Positions 47,490 through 57,730 of a stretch of 64,000 nucleotides of DNA are shown piece by piece. The DNA is taken from NCBI GenBank assembly GCA_964445575.1, contig CAYULB010000002.1, forward strand, positions 158-64,157. The letters run 5' to 3'. Positions within the stretch are counted from its first letter, which is position 1, and every line of letters begins with the position of its first letter. Made by a program: the position numbers and the translations under genes. Under the pieces are notes generated by a model. That model was given only the letters and a program-made list of their open reading frames with translations, was not told the origin of the DNA and did not search any database. This DNA comes from an uncultured Eubacteriales bacterium. GTDB taxonomy: Bacteria > Acidobacteriota > Aminicenantia > Aminicenantales > Aminicenantaceae.

Positions 47490-49316
47490 ATGAAAGGAAT
47501 AAAACCAGGAGGGGTTCATCAAAAACTCCTTGAAATAGACCTGACTCATCCAAGAATGCGCAGCCGGAAGCTCAATAAAAAGTTATTCAAAGATTATATT
47601 GGAGGAAGAGCTCTGGCCACCCGGCTATTTTTCGATGCAGTAAATCCTTCCTGTGACCCTCTAGGACCTGAAAACATCATTGTGATTGCAGCCTCTCCCT
47701 TGATCGGTACTTCAGCTCCCACTGCGGCCAGAGGACACATGGTGTTCAAGTCTCCCTTAACCGGTTTGATAGGGAGCTCCAACTGCGGGGGCACCTGGAC
47801 CCGTTATCTGAAATCCACAGGATACGACGCCGTGCTCATAAAGGGAGCATCAAAAAAACCTGTCATAATCTATATTGAACCTGAGTCGGTTAAGATTGAA
47901 TCTGCTGAAACTCTCTGGGGATGTGATGTGCATAAAACCACAGACATATTAAAAAAGAACCATCCCAAAACTCACCCTCTCTGTATCGGCCCTGCTGGAG
48001 AAAATAAGGTAAGGTTCTCGTCTGTAATGAATGACAAAAACAGAGCTTTTGGCCGGGGAGGACCTGGAGCTGTGTTTGGGAGTAAAAATCTCAAGGCGAT
48101 CTGTGTTTCCGGAGATAAAAAAACATGGATAGAAAAAAAAGAGGTATTCAGCACCGGAAAAGACCAGGCCGAGTACATGATGAAAGCCGCCCCCATTACC
48201 AAAAGACTGTTGAAGGATTTAGGCACATCCGGGCTTTTTAAGCTCATCAATGTTATGGAAATGCTTCCCTGTAAAAATTTCCAGAGCAATGTTCATCCGG
48301 GTGACAAGATCAATGCCATATCAGGAGAAAGAATAAAAAAAGATCTTCTCAAAAGGTCAGGGGCCTGTTTCGGATGTTCCATTGCGTGTCAGCGTCACAC
48401 TTCTTTAAACGGAAAATCCGGAGAAGGGCCAGAATATGAAACTCTGGTTATGCTGGGTCCTCTTTGCGGAATTTATAACTTAGAATCAATAACCAGAGCC
48501 AACTATTTGTGCAATGAACTTGGTTTGGACACCATAAGTATGGGAGGGACTTTAGCCTGCGGTATGGAGCTTTTCCAAAAAGGCGTTATTAACACACATG
48601 AGACCGGAGGGATTTCATTATCCTTTGGGAATTTTGAAGTTCTTGAAGAAACAGTCAGAATGACCGCATTCAAAAAAGGTATCGGGGGCCAAATATCAGA
48701 AGGCTCTTACAGACTGGCTGCATTTTTCAATCAGCCCTTCTCAATGAGTGTCAAAAAATTAGAAATCCCTGCCTATGATCCCAGAGCCTCTTTTACTCAA
48801 GCCCTGGGTTATATGACTTCTCCCACTGGAGCCTGCCATCTCAGAGGAGGTTATGCCGTGTCTTTGGCGTTTTTTGGAGGGACCAAGGAGATCCCAAGAT
48901 TCAGCCTGCTTCAATCCCCCATTGCCATAAGAAACATGCAGAACCTGGGGCTCATACATGACTCCTTAGGGATATGCCGCTTTACTGGGTTTGCCTTCTC
49001 TAGAGAACCTTGGTCCAGGATGCTGAGCGGGGTCACTGGACATGAATATTCATCCGCAGAGTTAGAAAAAACAGCCAATAGAGTGGCTGCCTTGGAAAGA
49101 GTGTTTAATCTCAGGGCTGGCTTAAAATATACAGACGACACCCTTCCCTCTCGTTTCAGTTCAGAGTCCCTCAGGATTCAAGGCAGAAAAATATCTCTTT
49201 CTGTAGAATCACAAACCAGAATGAGAGAAGACTATTACAAAGCCCGGGGATGGAGTGTCCCAGACGGAATCCCTTCCCAAAAAATCTTAGAGGCTATAGA
49301 ATGTGAAGGAATTTAA
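47490..49316 (+). CDS. aor: Aldehyde:ferredoxin oxidoreductase family (tungstopterin) enzyme
   Basis: AOR N-terminal domain. [4Fe-4S] motif GACFGCSIACQR. Family-typical EGPEYETLVMLG and GLDTISMG. Confidence 0.9.
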   Translation: MKGIKPGGVHQKLLEIDLTHPRMRSRKLNKKLFKDYIGGRALATRLFFDAVNPSCDPLGPENIIVIAASPLIGTSAPTAARGHMVFKSPLTGLIGSSNCGGTWTRYLKSTGYDAVLIKGASKKPVIIYIEPESVKIESAETLWGCDVHKTTDILKKNHPKTHPLCIGPAGENKVRFSSVMNDKNRAFGRGGPGAVFGSKNLKAICVSGDKKTWIEKKEVFSTGKDQAEYMMKAAPITKRLLKDLGTSGLFKLINVMEMLPCKNFQSNVHPGDKINAISGERIKKDLLKRSGACFGCSIACQRHTSLNGKSGEGPEYETLVMLGPLCGIYNLESITRANYLCNELGLDTISMGGTLACGMELFQKGVINTHETGGISLSFGNFEVLEETVRMTAFKKGIGGQISEGSYRLAAFFNQPFSMSVKKLEIPAYDPRASFTQALGYMTSPTGACHLRGGYAVSLAFFGGTKEIPRFSLLQSPIAIRNMQNLGLIHDSLGICRFTGFAFSREPWSRMLSGVTGHEYSSAELEKTANRVAALERVFNLRAGLKYTDDTLPSRFSSESLRIQGRKISLSVESQTRMREDYYKARGWSVPDGIPSQKILEAIECEGI

Positions 49317-49318
49317 AA

Positions 49319-50644
49319 ATGGCTTCTGATAAATGGAAAGCTGATAAAAATTTGTTCCATCTCTTCCAATCTATAGGCCGCATCCTTTTGGATAAAGACT
49401 TAGAAGACAGCCACAGTGGGAATATCTCCACGCTTTGGAAAGATGCTCAAGGTAATGAAAAAATTGTGATAACTGCTGCCGGGTCTCAAAAAGGAGACCT
49501 GGAGCCGGGTCAAATCTGTTTCCTTTCTCCTTCCGATACAGATTACGGTTATTATAAAGCCTCATCAGAAACAGACATCCATGCCAAAATTCTTTCCATC
49601 CCCGGAGTGCGTTCCGTGATACACGCTCACTCCAAAGACCTTACCATCATGACTTTTGATGAGGAAAAAAAGCCTAACCAACCAATCCCCTTCATTCCTA
49701 TAGACCCACTGGGATTTTATCATCTCAGCGCCAGTATTCCTGTAGATTGGGTGGAAGTCCCCTCTGGTTCTCCTGAAATGGCAAAAATCATTCCGGAAAG
49801 ATTAGCCCATCATAACATCACTGTGCTGCAGGGACACGGAACTTTTGCCAGAGGAAAAACGCTCCAAGAAGCCCTATTTTATGTCTGCATTGCAAATAAT
49901 TCAGGGTATATTGCAAGAACAGCCCATAAACTCGACATTGATATCCAAAAATTGAGAAAAGAGATGGTCAGCTCTCCTCAAAAATATTTTCCATACCCAC
50001 TGAAAAAATATAGAGAAGACCAAAAAGAGCCAGAAGGAATAAAAGGAGAAGAGGAGATTGTTAGAGAATTCAATAAAGCCGCAGCCAGGATATTCAAATC
50101 CGACCTTTCTCCTTTTTGCACCGGTTCTATTTCTCTTAGAGGAGTCGACAGAATGCTCTATGCCCCCGGAGCTTCCAGGCCCCAGGACATCAAAGGTCCT
50201 CTCAGAGAACTTCCGCTCAGCTTAAAGGGAAGTGAAACAGACAGAGAACAGATGATTCATAAAGAAATATACCATCATACTGACTTTCAAACAATCATCC
50301 ACTGCTACCTGCCGGAAGCAGAAGCGCTGTGTTATTTTGTCCCTCCTGGAGGGAAAAAACCTATTGACCGAGTGATTCCCATTGATGCGGAGGGGAGCTT
50401 TTTCTATCTTGTTATTCCTGTTCTTCCTCCTGACTTTCAATCCAAAACCCTGATCCGTCTTCTGCATGACTACAAAATAGTGATCATCAGAGGAGGCGGA
50501 GTGTGGAGTGTAGGAGAACAGTCTTTATCCGAAGCTCTTCATCATCCTTCTTCACTCCGGGATATCTGCCTCTATATTATCGGGGCTTATGAAAGAGGAA
50601 TGGATATTTCTAAGCTGCAGCCTGAAAAAGCCAAACAGTGGTGA
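49319..50644 (+). CDS. Tandem class II aldolase/adducin-domain protein
   Basis: The first half has DSHSGNIS, VIHAHS and LQGHGTFARG. The second half repeats the fold (TGSISLRG, IIHCYL, IIRGGGVWSVG) but with the metal ligands altered. Confidence 0.65.
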   Translation: MASDKWKADKNLFHLFQSIGRILLDKDLEDSHSGNISTLWKDAQGNEKIVITAAGSQKGDLEPGQICFLSPSDTDYGYYKASSETDIHAKILSIPGVRSVIHAHSKDLTIMTFDEEKKPNQPIPFIPIDPLGFYHLSASIPVDWVEVPSGSPEMAKIIPERLAHHNITVLQGHGTFARGKTLQEALFYVCIANNSGYIARTAHKLDIDIQKLRKEMVSSPQKYFPYPLKKYREDQKEPEGIKGEEEIVREFNKAAARIFKSDLSPFCTGSISLRGVDRMLYAPGASRPQDIKGPLRELPLSLKGSETDREQMIHKEIYHHTDFQTIIHCYLPEAEALCYFVPPGGKKPIDRVIPIDAEGSFFYLVIPVLPPDFQSKTLIRLLHDYKIVIIRGGGVWSVGEQSLSEALHHPSSLRDICLYIIGAYERGMDISKLQPEKAKQW

Positions 50645-50655
50645 TTAAAAACAAA

Positions 50656-51318
50656 TCACAGATTTTCCAGATACTCAACAACTTCTTGAGGATGGGCTGA
50701 GGTCATATCCGCACCTATTTTTACAGCAAAATTATCTGTTACCGGAGCCCCCCCCACTAAAACCTTTACTTCAGGATATTTTGATTTAATGGTTTTGACT
50801 GTTTCTTCCATATTGACCATGGTGGTGGTGAGCAGAGCACTCAGCCCTACGGCAGCCGGATAGTGTTTCTTGACTGCATTCATAAAATCCTGGGGGGAAA
50901 CATTTACACCACAGTCAACCACTTCCCAACCACTTCCCTCCAAAAACATGTTAACAATCTTTTTCCCAATGTCATGCAAATCCCCGGCAACCGTACCCAT
51001 TACAATTTTTCCTTTATGCTCAACCTCACCGGATTTAAAATAGGGCTTCAAATGAGCCATGGCAGCTGTCATGGCTTTGGCAGCCACTAAAACATCCGGA
51101 AGATAGATCTCATTTTTTTTGAATTTTTGCCCGACTCTCTGCATCCCCGTTATGAGACCGGAAGTCAATACCTTCCTGGGCTTTATCCCTTCCTCAAGTG
51201 CTCTTTTGGTCAGCTCATCAGCCCCGTCCTGACCTTTGAGCTCCGGAGGGTAGCGGGATTCAGCGCTGACTTTTCCTCTTTCCACACACCAGGCAATCTT
51301 TTCCAACAAGTCAGACAT
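50656..51318 (-). CDS. Cobalamin-binding (corrinoid) protein, MtbC/MttC-like
   Basis: N-terminal B12-binding_2 helical cap plus Rossmann-like B12 domain with GTVAGDLHDIGKKIV (DxHxxG). Confidence 0.8.
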   Translation of the reverse strand: MSDLLEKIAWCVERGKVSAESRYPPELKGQDGADELTKRALEEGIKPRKVLTSGLITGMQRVGQKFKKNEIYLPDVLVAAKAMTAAMAHLKPYFKSGEVEHKGKIVMGTVAGDLHDIGKKIVNMFLEGSGWEVVDCGVNVSPQDFMNAVKKHYPAAVGLSALLTTTMVNMEETVKTIKSKYPEVKVLVGGAPVTDNFAVKIGADMTSAHPQEVVEYLENL

Positions 51319-51339
51319 TTTTTACTTTTTATCTTTTAT

Positions 51340-53496
51340 TTAAAAAGAAGCTCTTGCTACGCCTACATTGCCCTGCTCATCCTCTGCTTTGACGGTGATC
51401 AGGTCATCAAACTTCTCTGGCAGAGTTACAGAAAATTTGAATACTTCCTGGGTTGAATCACACATCCCATCCTCAGGAAAAACAACATTCCACCCTAAGG
51501 GCCTGATAAAATACTGAACCTTTTTTATTCTGGAATAGGAGTCTTGGACCTTGAATTGAACTTTTAATTTACTACCGGAACGGACTGCCTGCATATCAAT
51601 GACCTCAGGTCTAGAGTTGTCTATGACCAGAGCCTGGCTTATCTTTTCATGTTCCAGGCATTTGTCAGGAGGATTAGAGGGAAGGTCAGAAGCTCTGACT
51701 TTTACAAGATATTCTCCGTCCGGCAGTGAAAGAGTATTAAAAGCTAATATTCTTTCTGTCCAATTCTCTTCCAGAATACGCCATTTATTTTCATTTATGC
51801 TTCTTATATAAATGGAATAAACCAGCGAATCATCATTTTCATCTTCAACCTGCCAGATAAAAGTCTGATATCCCTTTCTCTGGACCCTTTTTGCGGCTGT
51901 GAATGAATTGTTTTTATTGTTATCACTTTCTGGAGATTTAGACTCCAGGCCCCATATCTTTTCTTCTCCAGAAGGAGATTCCAAAAATACTGTATTGGGA
52001 GGAAGTATATTTATTTTCTCTATGTTTGGCGCTTTATTATGCTGAAGAAAAAAAACAACAACTTTCTCAACAATAGGAGAGACGCTCCCTGAATTGGTCT
52101 TAAACAATATCTTAAACTGAAGATAACGGGCATCAGGATTCAGAACCTGCTCTCCGTTCTCTTTTTTATAGGGAGGAGACCAGTCACTCCAGGTGGAAGA
52201 AGGCTGCTTTGAATTCCCGCTTCGGGTTTGGAGCTGAATAACCGTATTTGAAGGCGTCTCGCCCTTCCATTCTATATTCCCCCATGAAGATATCAACTCT
52301 GCATCATATACGCTGCTTAAGTATTCTCCATTGTATCTTTGATCAGGATATATCACACTTGCTTGGGATGGATTGTTGGACAAAGCATAGATATCATCTT
52401 TATCTTTAAAAGGAACTAAAAGATAAATCTGCTCAGAATCTTTTTGAAACAGAAGAGATATGTTCTCCTTTTTATCCAATGTATAAAGTCTTCCTCTTCT
52501 TCCGGTTCCAAAAATAATTCTCTTTTTTGAATCATCCCAGCACATAGAATAAATCATATCTTTATCTGATTTCCAAACCTGTTTTACTTTTCCATCATTC
52601 TCTATTTTATAGAGAGCAGAGGGTTGGTCTCCATCTGAGACAGAAATTTTCTTTTCTCTCCTTCCTGATGCACTGACTGTAACAGAAACATCTGTATCTT
52701 CAGCTGAAAATGTGGAGGGCAGGCCGCTGTTTCCGGGCTTTTCTGTTCTTCCTCCGGCTCCAGCAAATATTTGGCCTTCATCATCAACTACAATCGATCT
52801 TATTTCTTCATAAGGTGATTCAAACAGCACTGATGCTTTTTTTTCCTTAGAAATCTTATAGATCAATCCAGCTCCTCCGCTTCCTGCTAAAAAACTTTCA
52901 TCTGAAATCTGCTTCATACAGAGGATATGATTTTCCGCCGAGTCAAACACCTTGACTCCTCCTCCTTCAGAAGTTATCTCGTAAATACCGCCATCTTCTC
53001 CTACTGCAGCCAGCAGTGATCCTTCTTTTGTGAACATCAAATCCCAGATATACTTTTCATGGGGGTTAAAAAATTCAGTTCCGTTTCCCTTCTCTTTAAT
53101 TTTATAGATTTTTCCATTAGGGGAAGTCCCCGCGTACAATCTTCCATCAGGACCAAGAGCGAGACAGGTCACATCCATTTCTGGGGCTTTGAAATACAAT
53201 TCAGGCTCTCCACTGGCATCAATTTGGTAGATAGCTCCTTTATGGCCGGTTCCTATATATAGGATATTCTCTGAAGTCAGAACCATGGATAAATAGAATT
53301 CCTCAGGAGGAGTTTTTAATTCCTCTTCTCTCGGGGAAAGAGTCAGCTTTCCCTCTGAGGAGATGGTTATTCCATTAAACTTTCCTTTGATAAAATCATC
53401 AAACGATTCTAAAATCCATTTCTTTGGAGTCACAGAATATCCGGCCTGAACCATAAACATCAAAACCAAAATAATCACAAAAAATGCTTTTTTCAT
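51340..53496 (-). CDS. Secreted beta-propeller protein with C-terminal Ig/Fn3-like domains, function unknown
   Basis: Signal peptide MKKAFFVIILVLMFMVQAGYS. Repeated ~45-aa G-x-IY/LY blade-like units. The C-terminal module resembles Y_Y_Y/Fn3 domains. Confidence 0.5.
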   Translation of the reverse strand: MKKAFFVIILVLMFMVQAGYSVTPKKWILESFDDFIKGKFNGITISSEGKLTLSPREEELKTPPEEFYLSMVLTSENILYIGTGHKGAIYQIDASGEPELYFKAPEMDVTCLALGPDGRLYAGTSPNGKIYKIKEKGNGTEFFNPHEKYIWDLMFTKEGSLLAAVGEDGGIYEITSEGGGVKVFDSAENHILCMKQISDESFLAGSGGAGLIYKISKEKKASVLFESPYEEIRSIVVDDEGQIFAGAGGRTEKPGNSGLPSTFSAEDTDVSVTVSASGRREKKISVSDGDQPSALYKIENDGKVKQVWKSDKDMIYSMCWDDSKKRIIFGTGRRGRLYTLDKKENISLLFQKDSEQIYLLVPFKDKDDIYALSNNPSQASVIYPDQRYNGEYLSSVYDAELISSWGNIEWKGETPSNTVIQLQTRSGNSKQPSSTWSDWSPPYKKENGEQVLNPDARYLQFKILFKTNSGSVSPIVEKVVVFFLQHNKAPNIEKINILPPNTVFLESPSGEEKIWGLESKSPESDNNKNNSFTAAKRVQRKGYQTFIWQVEDENDDSLVYSIYIRSINENKWRILEENWTERILAFNTLSLPDGEYLVKVRASDLPSNPPDKCLEHEKISQALVIDNSRPEVIDMQAVRSGSKLKVQFKVQDSYSRIKKVQYFIRPLGWNVVFPEDGMCDSTQEVFKFSVTLPEKFDDLITVKAEDEQGNVGVARASF

Positions 53497-53526
53497 GCTC
53501 TCTCTCTCTCTCAATTTTATAAAAAA

Positions 53527-55344
53527 TCATTTTATTCTTATCGGAATTAAGGCAGCTCCCTTGAATACAAAGGGCACCGGTATCTGAAAATTACTTACAG
53601 TGGATTTACTGAGTTCTGTTGGCACTGAGGTAGCAATCCGCGAGGAAGAAAACATAGTCTTCATGCTGGGCGGAAGATTGGGAAGTTCTTCCCCTTTTAA
53701 AAAAAGCCCTGGTTTGTCTACCAGGATTTTTAAATAAATACGGTTATTTTTTCTCTGGTTGCTTAAAACTCGGATCAGCTGATAGAGGTCACGGGGCATA
53801 AAAGCTTGAGTCTGATAAAGACTTCTTTCCAGCTGTCCCATTGAATCTGTATCCCCTACAAAAAGATAAAATTGGGAGCCAGAAGGAAGATTCGGTGCAA
53901 CAATTCCTCCCTCTCTCAAAACACTATCACCCCTAAAATTCCTGGAGTATATTTTGACCTGGATGCTCTCTCCGGGCGCAACATCATATTTGTCCAGCCA
54001 TACCTTCTCAAGATAAGAAATCTTTATGTCTTCTGAAGAATTCAGTTTCAAATCAATGCGGTGGATCCCCAGCTCTTTAAACTCATTATTGGTTAAAAAA
54101 TAGGTGACAGCAGCGATCAGGGTCGAAGCATTGTTAACAGAAGAGTCAAAATTCCCAGAGAAAAGGTCTTCTAGTTGAATACTCATCCCATTCTCAAGAA
54201 AAATATTTCCCTGCAACTCAAGAGTGAGGTCCCCTATAGACCTTTCTTCAGCAAACATGATGCTGAGGACCGCGACATTCATTAAAGTAGGGGTTAATAT
54301 CTTATTCTCAACCACTTTCAACTGAATATCTTTTGCTTTCTTGCCTAACTTGTACAGCTCAATATTGACAGGTATAAGGTCAGGCATCTTTCCAATCTCT
54401 CCAAACACCCCAGAAGACCGGTCCTGACTGAAGGTTCCTATTACAGAGCCTGTGCCCGTCAACTTCAAGGAAGTGGAAAGACTTGGAACTACAGTGATGA
54501 CATTTGCGGCAGTCATAGCATAATTGACTTGCCCCAAATTGTACATAGGATGTCCGAATGCCAGCACATCCGTACCGTCCACATAAGTGGCAGTTCCTGT
54601 TGCCGCTATGCTCAAGTCCCCGGATATCAGCTGAACACCGACTGAGTCCCCTTCCCTTAATTCAATATCTGAAAAACTGGATCTGCTTTGAGTTTGTTCC
54701 AAATACCCTACCATCATGGGACTGAATCCAAGGTCAGTGAAAAAACCTTTCGATTTCTCAAAAGCTCTGTTTGAAAAACCGCTGAATATGAGTGGAACCT
54801 TCATGGGTTCAAGGTTTTTCCCTTGATATAATGCATAGGTAGTTGTGACATGGTACTCTTCATTTATTTCAGAAAGCTCTTCCAGAGTTAGGTGTTTTTT
54901 TATGGGTATAGGAGGAGAAAAAGTGGATTTTACATCCTCGGTTTTTTTTATGTCCACCATCTCTCCAATGGGAGTTATTCCGGCAATGGCTTCAGTAGAA
55001 AAAGGGAAGCTGTATGCCACAGCTCCTGCCAGTTTCCCCTGTAAATATATTGGACTCCCGCTCATTCCCTGGATCACCCCTGTTTTTTCCAAATCGATTC
55101 CGGTCAGTTTAGCTAAAATTATATTTCTTTTTGCCCCGATACTGGGGTCATTTTCTAGAACGCCCAGTATCTCTACCTCAAATTCTCTAATATCCCTGCC
55201 TTTTAACACAGTTTTTCCAGTGCCCTTCATTCCTTCTTTTATCTGATCCACAGGAAAAAAGGAATTTTGGCCACTTAAAGGGGAAGACAAAGCCAGACCT
55301 AACATTATAATGATAATAATCGCTTTTATAGGAAATCTTTTCAT
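53527..55344 (-). CDS. Secreted SpoIVB-type (peptidase S55) serine peptidase-domain protein
   Basis: TGVIQGMSGSPIYLQGKLAGAVAYSF closely resembles the B. subtilis SpoIVB catalytic-Ser region as I recall it. Start set at ATG 55344 (RBS AGGAGA, then signal peptide MKRFPIKAIIIIIMLGLALS). Confidence 0.65.
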   Translation of the reverse strand: MKRFPIKAIIIIIMLGLALSSPLSGQNSFFPVDQIKEGMKGTGKTVLKGRDIREFEVEILGVLENDPSIGAKRNIILAKLTGIDLEKTGVIQGMSGSPIYLQGKLAGAVAYSFPFSTEAIAGITPIGEMVDIKKTEDVKSTFSPPIPIKKHLTLEELSEINEEYHVTTTYALYQGKNLEPMKVPLIFSGFSNRAFEKSKGFFTDLGFSPMMVGYLEQTQSRSSFSDIELREGDSVGVQLISGDLSIAATGTATYVDGTDVLAFGHPMYNLGQVNYAMTAANVITVVPSLSTSLKLTGTGSVIGTFSQDRSSGVFGEIGKMPDLIPVNIELYKLGKKAKDIQLKVVENKILTPTLMNVAVLSIMFAEERSIGDLTLELQGNIFLENGMSIQLEDLFSGNFDSSVNNASTLIAAVTYFLTNNEFKELGIHRIDLKLNSSEDIKISYLEKVWLDKYDVAPGESIQVKIYSRNFRGDSVLREGGIVAPNLPSGSQFYLFVGDTDSMGQLERSLYQTQAFMPRDLYQLIRVLSNQRKNNRIYLKILVDKPGLFLKGEELPNLPPSMKTMFSSSRIATSVPTELSKSTVSNFQIPVPFVFKGAALIPIRIK

Positions 55345-55482
55345 TTCATCTCCTGTGTGTTTTAACCTTTTTTTATAAGTCTTAAACAAAAAAAATATCT
55401 CATTGGTTTCAAATATTGTAAATAAGCATAGATCATTCATGGTACTATTATACATGTCTGTCTTTTTCAGGGAAAGCCCAGA

Positions 55483-56664
55483 CTAGATGACTTGGAGTAC
55501 TTTTCCGCATTCTTTAAATTGCTGGATAACTGTATCCAGCTCTTCGTCAGTATGAGTGGCTGAATAACTGGTCCGGATGAGTGCGTTTCCCCTTGGAACT
55601 GCAGGATAAATAACAGGATTTGTAAAAATTCCCCTTTCTCTTAACATCTTCCAAAGCATGAATGCTTTTTCGTCATTTCCGATTATAACCGGAATCACCG
55701 CACTTTGAGTGGGACCAGTCTCATATCCCATAGACTGGAAACTGGTTCTCATTTTCTTTGTAATTTCCCATAGCCTTTCTCTTCTCTCCGGCTCATTTTC
55801 AATGATATCCAGAGTAGCCAGCACAGTGGCGACAGAAGCGGGAGTAATGCTGGCACTGAATATAAGCGATCGGGCAAAATGTTTTATATAAGAAATAACC
55901 TTTTTCTCTCCAACCACAAATCCTCCTAAAGAAGCAAAAGATTTGCTGAAGGTCCCCATGATGAGGTCAACATCCTCTTCCACACCGAAATGTTCGCAAG
56001 TGCCTCTTCCATGCTCTCCCATAACTCCGATTCCATGAGCATCATCAACCATGACCTTGGCATTATATTTTTTAGCCAGTCTGACAATTCCAGGCAGGTC
56101 AGCCAAGTCTCCTTCCATGCTGAAAACTCCATCCACCACAATGAGTTTATTCCTTTCTTCCTCTACAGAAGAAAGGACTCTTTCCAAATCATCCATATCA
56201 TTGTGCTTAAATTTACAGACATCTCCATAGGAAAGGCGGCTGGCATCAATGATGCTGGCATGGACCATTTCATCCGACAAAATGACTTCTCCTTTCTGAA
56301 CTAGAGTTGATATGATTCCTTGGTTGGTCTGAAAGCCAGTGCTGAAAGCCAGTGCTGCTTCCTTTTTCATGAATCGGGCCAGCCTTTCTTCCGATTCCAC
56401 ATGAATATCAAGGGTCCCGTTTAAAAACCTTGAACCGCAGGTAGCCACTCCATATTTATCAACAGCCTCTTTGGCTGCCTGCATGACTTTTGGATGGTCA
56501 ATAAGGCCCAGATAATTGTTGGAACCGACCATGATCACATCTTTTTCATTGATCTTGACCTTGTTCCCTTCTACTTTCTGTATGGGAGTAAAATAGGGAT
56601 AAATCCCCGTTTCCTGAGCCTCCTCAGCTCTCCTAAAGCAGTAGCATTTATCAAATAAACCCAC
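55483..56664 (-). CDS. PLP-dependent alpha-oxoamine synthase (serine palmitoyltransferase-like; KBL/BioF family)
   Basis: NNYLGL, GSRFLNGTLDIHVESEERLA, HASIIDA, DDAHGIG, GTFSKSFASLGGFVVG (PLP-Lys). Confidence 0.85.
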   Translation of the reverse strand: MGLFDKCYCFRRAEEAQETGIYPYFTPIQKVEGNKVKINEKDVIMVGSNNYLGLIDHPKVMQAAKEAVDKYGVATCGSRFLNGTLDIHVESEERLARFMKKEAALAFSTGFQTNQGIISTLVQKGEVILSDEMVHASIIDASRLSYGDVCKFKHNDMDDLERVLSSVEEERNKLIVVDGVFSMEGDLADLPGIVRLAKKYNAKVMVDDAHGIGVMGEHGRGTCEHFGVEEDVDLIMGTFSKSFASLGGFVVGEKKVISYIKHFARSLIFSASITPASVATVLATLDIIENEPERRERLWEITKKMRTSFQSMGYETGPTQSAVIPVIIGNDEKAFMLWKMLRERGIFTNPVIYPAVPRGNALIRTSYSATHTDEELDTVIQQFKECGKVLQVI

Positions 56665-56754
56665 GATTTCCTCCTGCTAAATGGTTTAAGATTTTAGAAA
56701 AAAACATCTTCTGATGATTTGACCTGACAAATGTATTTCCTTACAATTTCTATC

Positions 56755-57729
56755 ATGAAAATTTTCATAACGGGTGGGACCGGCTTTGTCGGCAGTCACC
56801 TTGTTGATTTCCTGTTAAAATTTAAAAACATTGAAATACATGCCCTCACCCGCAATCTCAAACAACTAAAATGGCTGAGAAGCCGCAACGTCAATCTTGT
56901 GGAAGGCGATTTGTTTTCCTTTCCTTCTCTCCCTTCCGATCTGGACTGCGTTTTTCACATTGCCGGTGTCAGTAAAGCACTTAAATCTGAAGATTATTAT
57001 ACAGTAAACCAGAAAGGCACAGCAAGCCTTTTTCAGAAACTATCCTTAGGATATCCCAATCTTAAAAAAGTCATACACTTAAGCAGTCTGGCTGCAGCAG
57101 GGCCATGCTGTGACGGAAAACCTGTGACAGAAAACACAGAGCCCTTTTGTGTGACTCCTTACGGAGAAAGCAAACGACTGGGAGAAAAAGAAGCTCTTAA
57201 GTATAAACAAAACTTTTCTGTGATTATCGTTAGGGTAGGGCCTGTTTTTGGTCCCAGAGATAAAGATTTTCTTCCCTACTTCAAATTTATAAACAAAGGA
57301 ATCCTCCCCTCTCTGGATTCAAAATCAGGTCTGATGAGCCTATGCTATATCAAAGATTTAGTCCGGGCTCTGTACTTATGCATGAATAAAGACCTTGAAA
57401 GCGGAGAAATATTCCATATTGCTGACCCTCGTCCCTACAGCTGGGATGAGCTGGGAATGACTATTGCCAAATCTCTGGGGAAAAAACCTGTAAAAATAAA
57501 CCCTCCCCGCTTCCTTCTCCGCATTGTTACTGCGCTTTCTGAGTTAGGTTCAAAAATCAATAAAAACCCCAGTATACTGAACCAGGATAAATTGATGGAA
57601 ATGAATCAGGAAGGGTGGACAACCGACACTTCAAAAGCCAGAAAAGAGCTCGGGTTTGAAACCAGTTATTCTCTGGAACAGGCTGTTAAAGAGACAGTCA
57701 ACTGGTACAAAGATATGAACTGGTTGTGA
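56755..57729 (+). CDS. NAD-dependent epimerase/dehydratase-family (extended SDR) protein
   Basis: MKIFITGGTGFVGSHLV, SSLAAAGP, YGESKRLGE (YxxxK). Start moved to ATG 56755. Confidence 0.8.
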   Translation: MKIFITGGTGFVGSHLVDFLLKFKNIEIHALTRNLKQLKWLRSRNVNLVEGDLFSFPSLPSDLDCVFHIAGVSKALKSEDYYTVNQKGTASLFQKLSLGYPNLKKVIHLSSLAAAGPCCDGKPVTENTEPFCVTPYGESKRLGEKEALKYKQNFSVIIVRVGPVFGPRDKDFLPYFKFINKGILPSLDSKSGLMSLCYIKDLVRALYLCMNKDLESGEIFHIADPRPYSWDELGMTIAKSLGKKPVKINPPRFLLRIVTALSELGSKINKNPSILNQDKLMEMNQEGWTTDTSKARKELGFETSYSLEQAVKETVNWYKDMNWL

Positions 57730-57730
57730 C

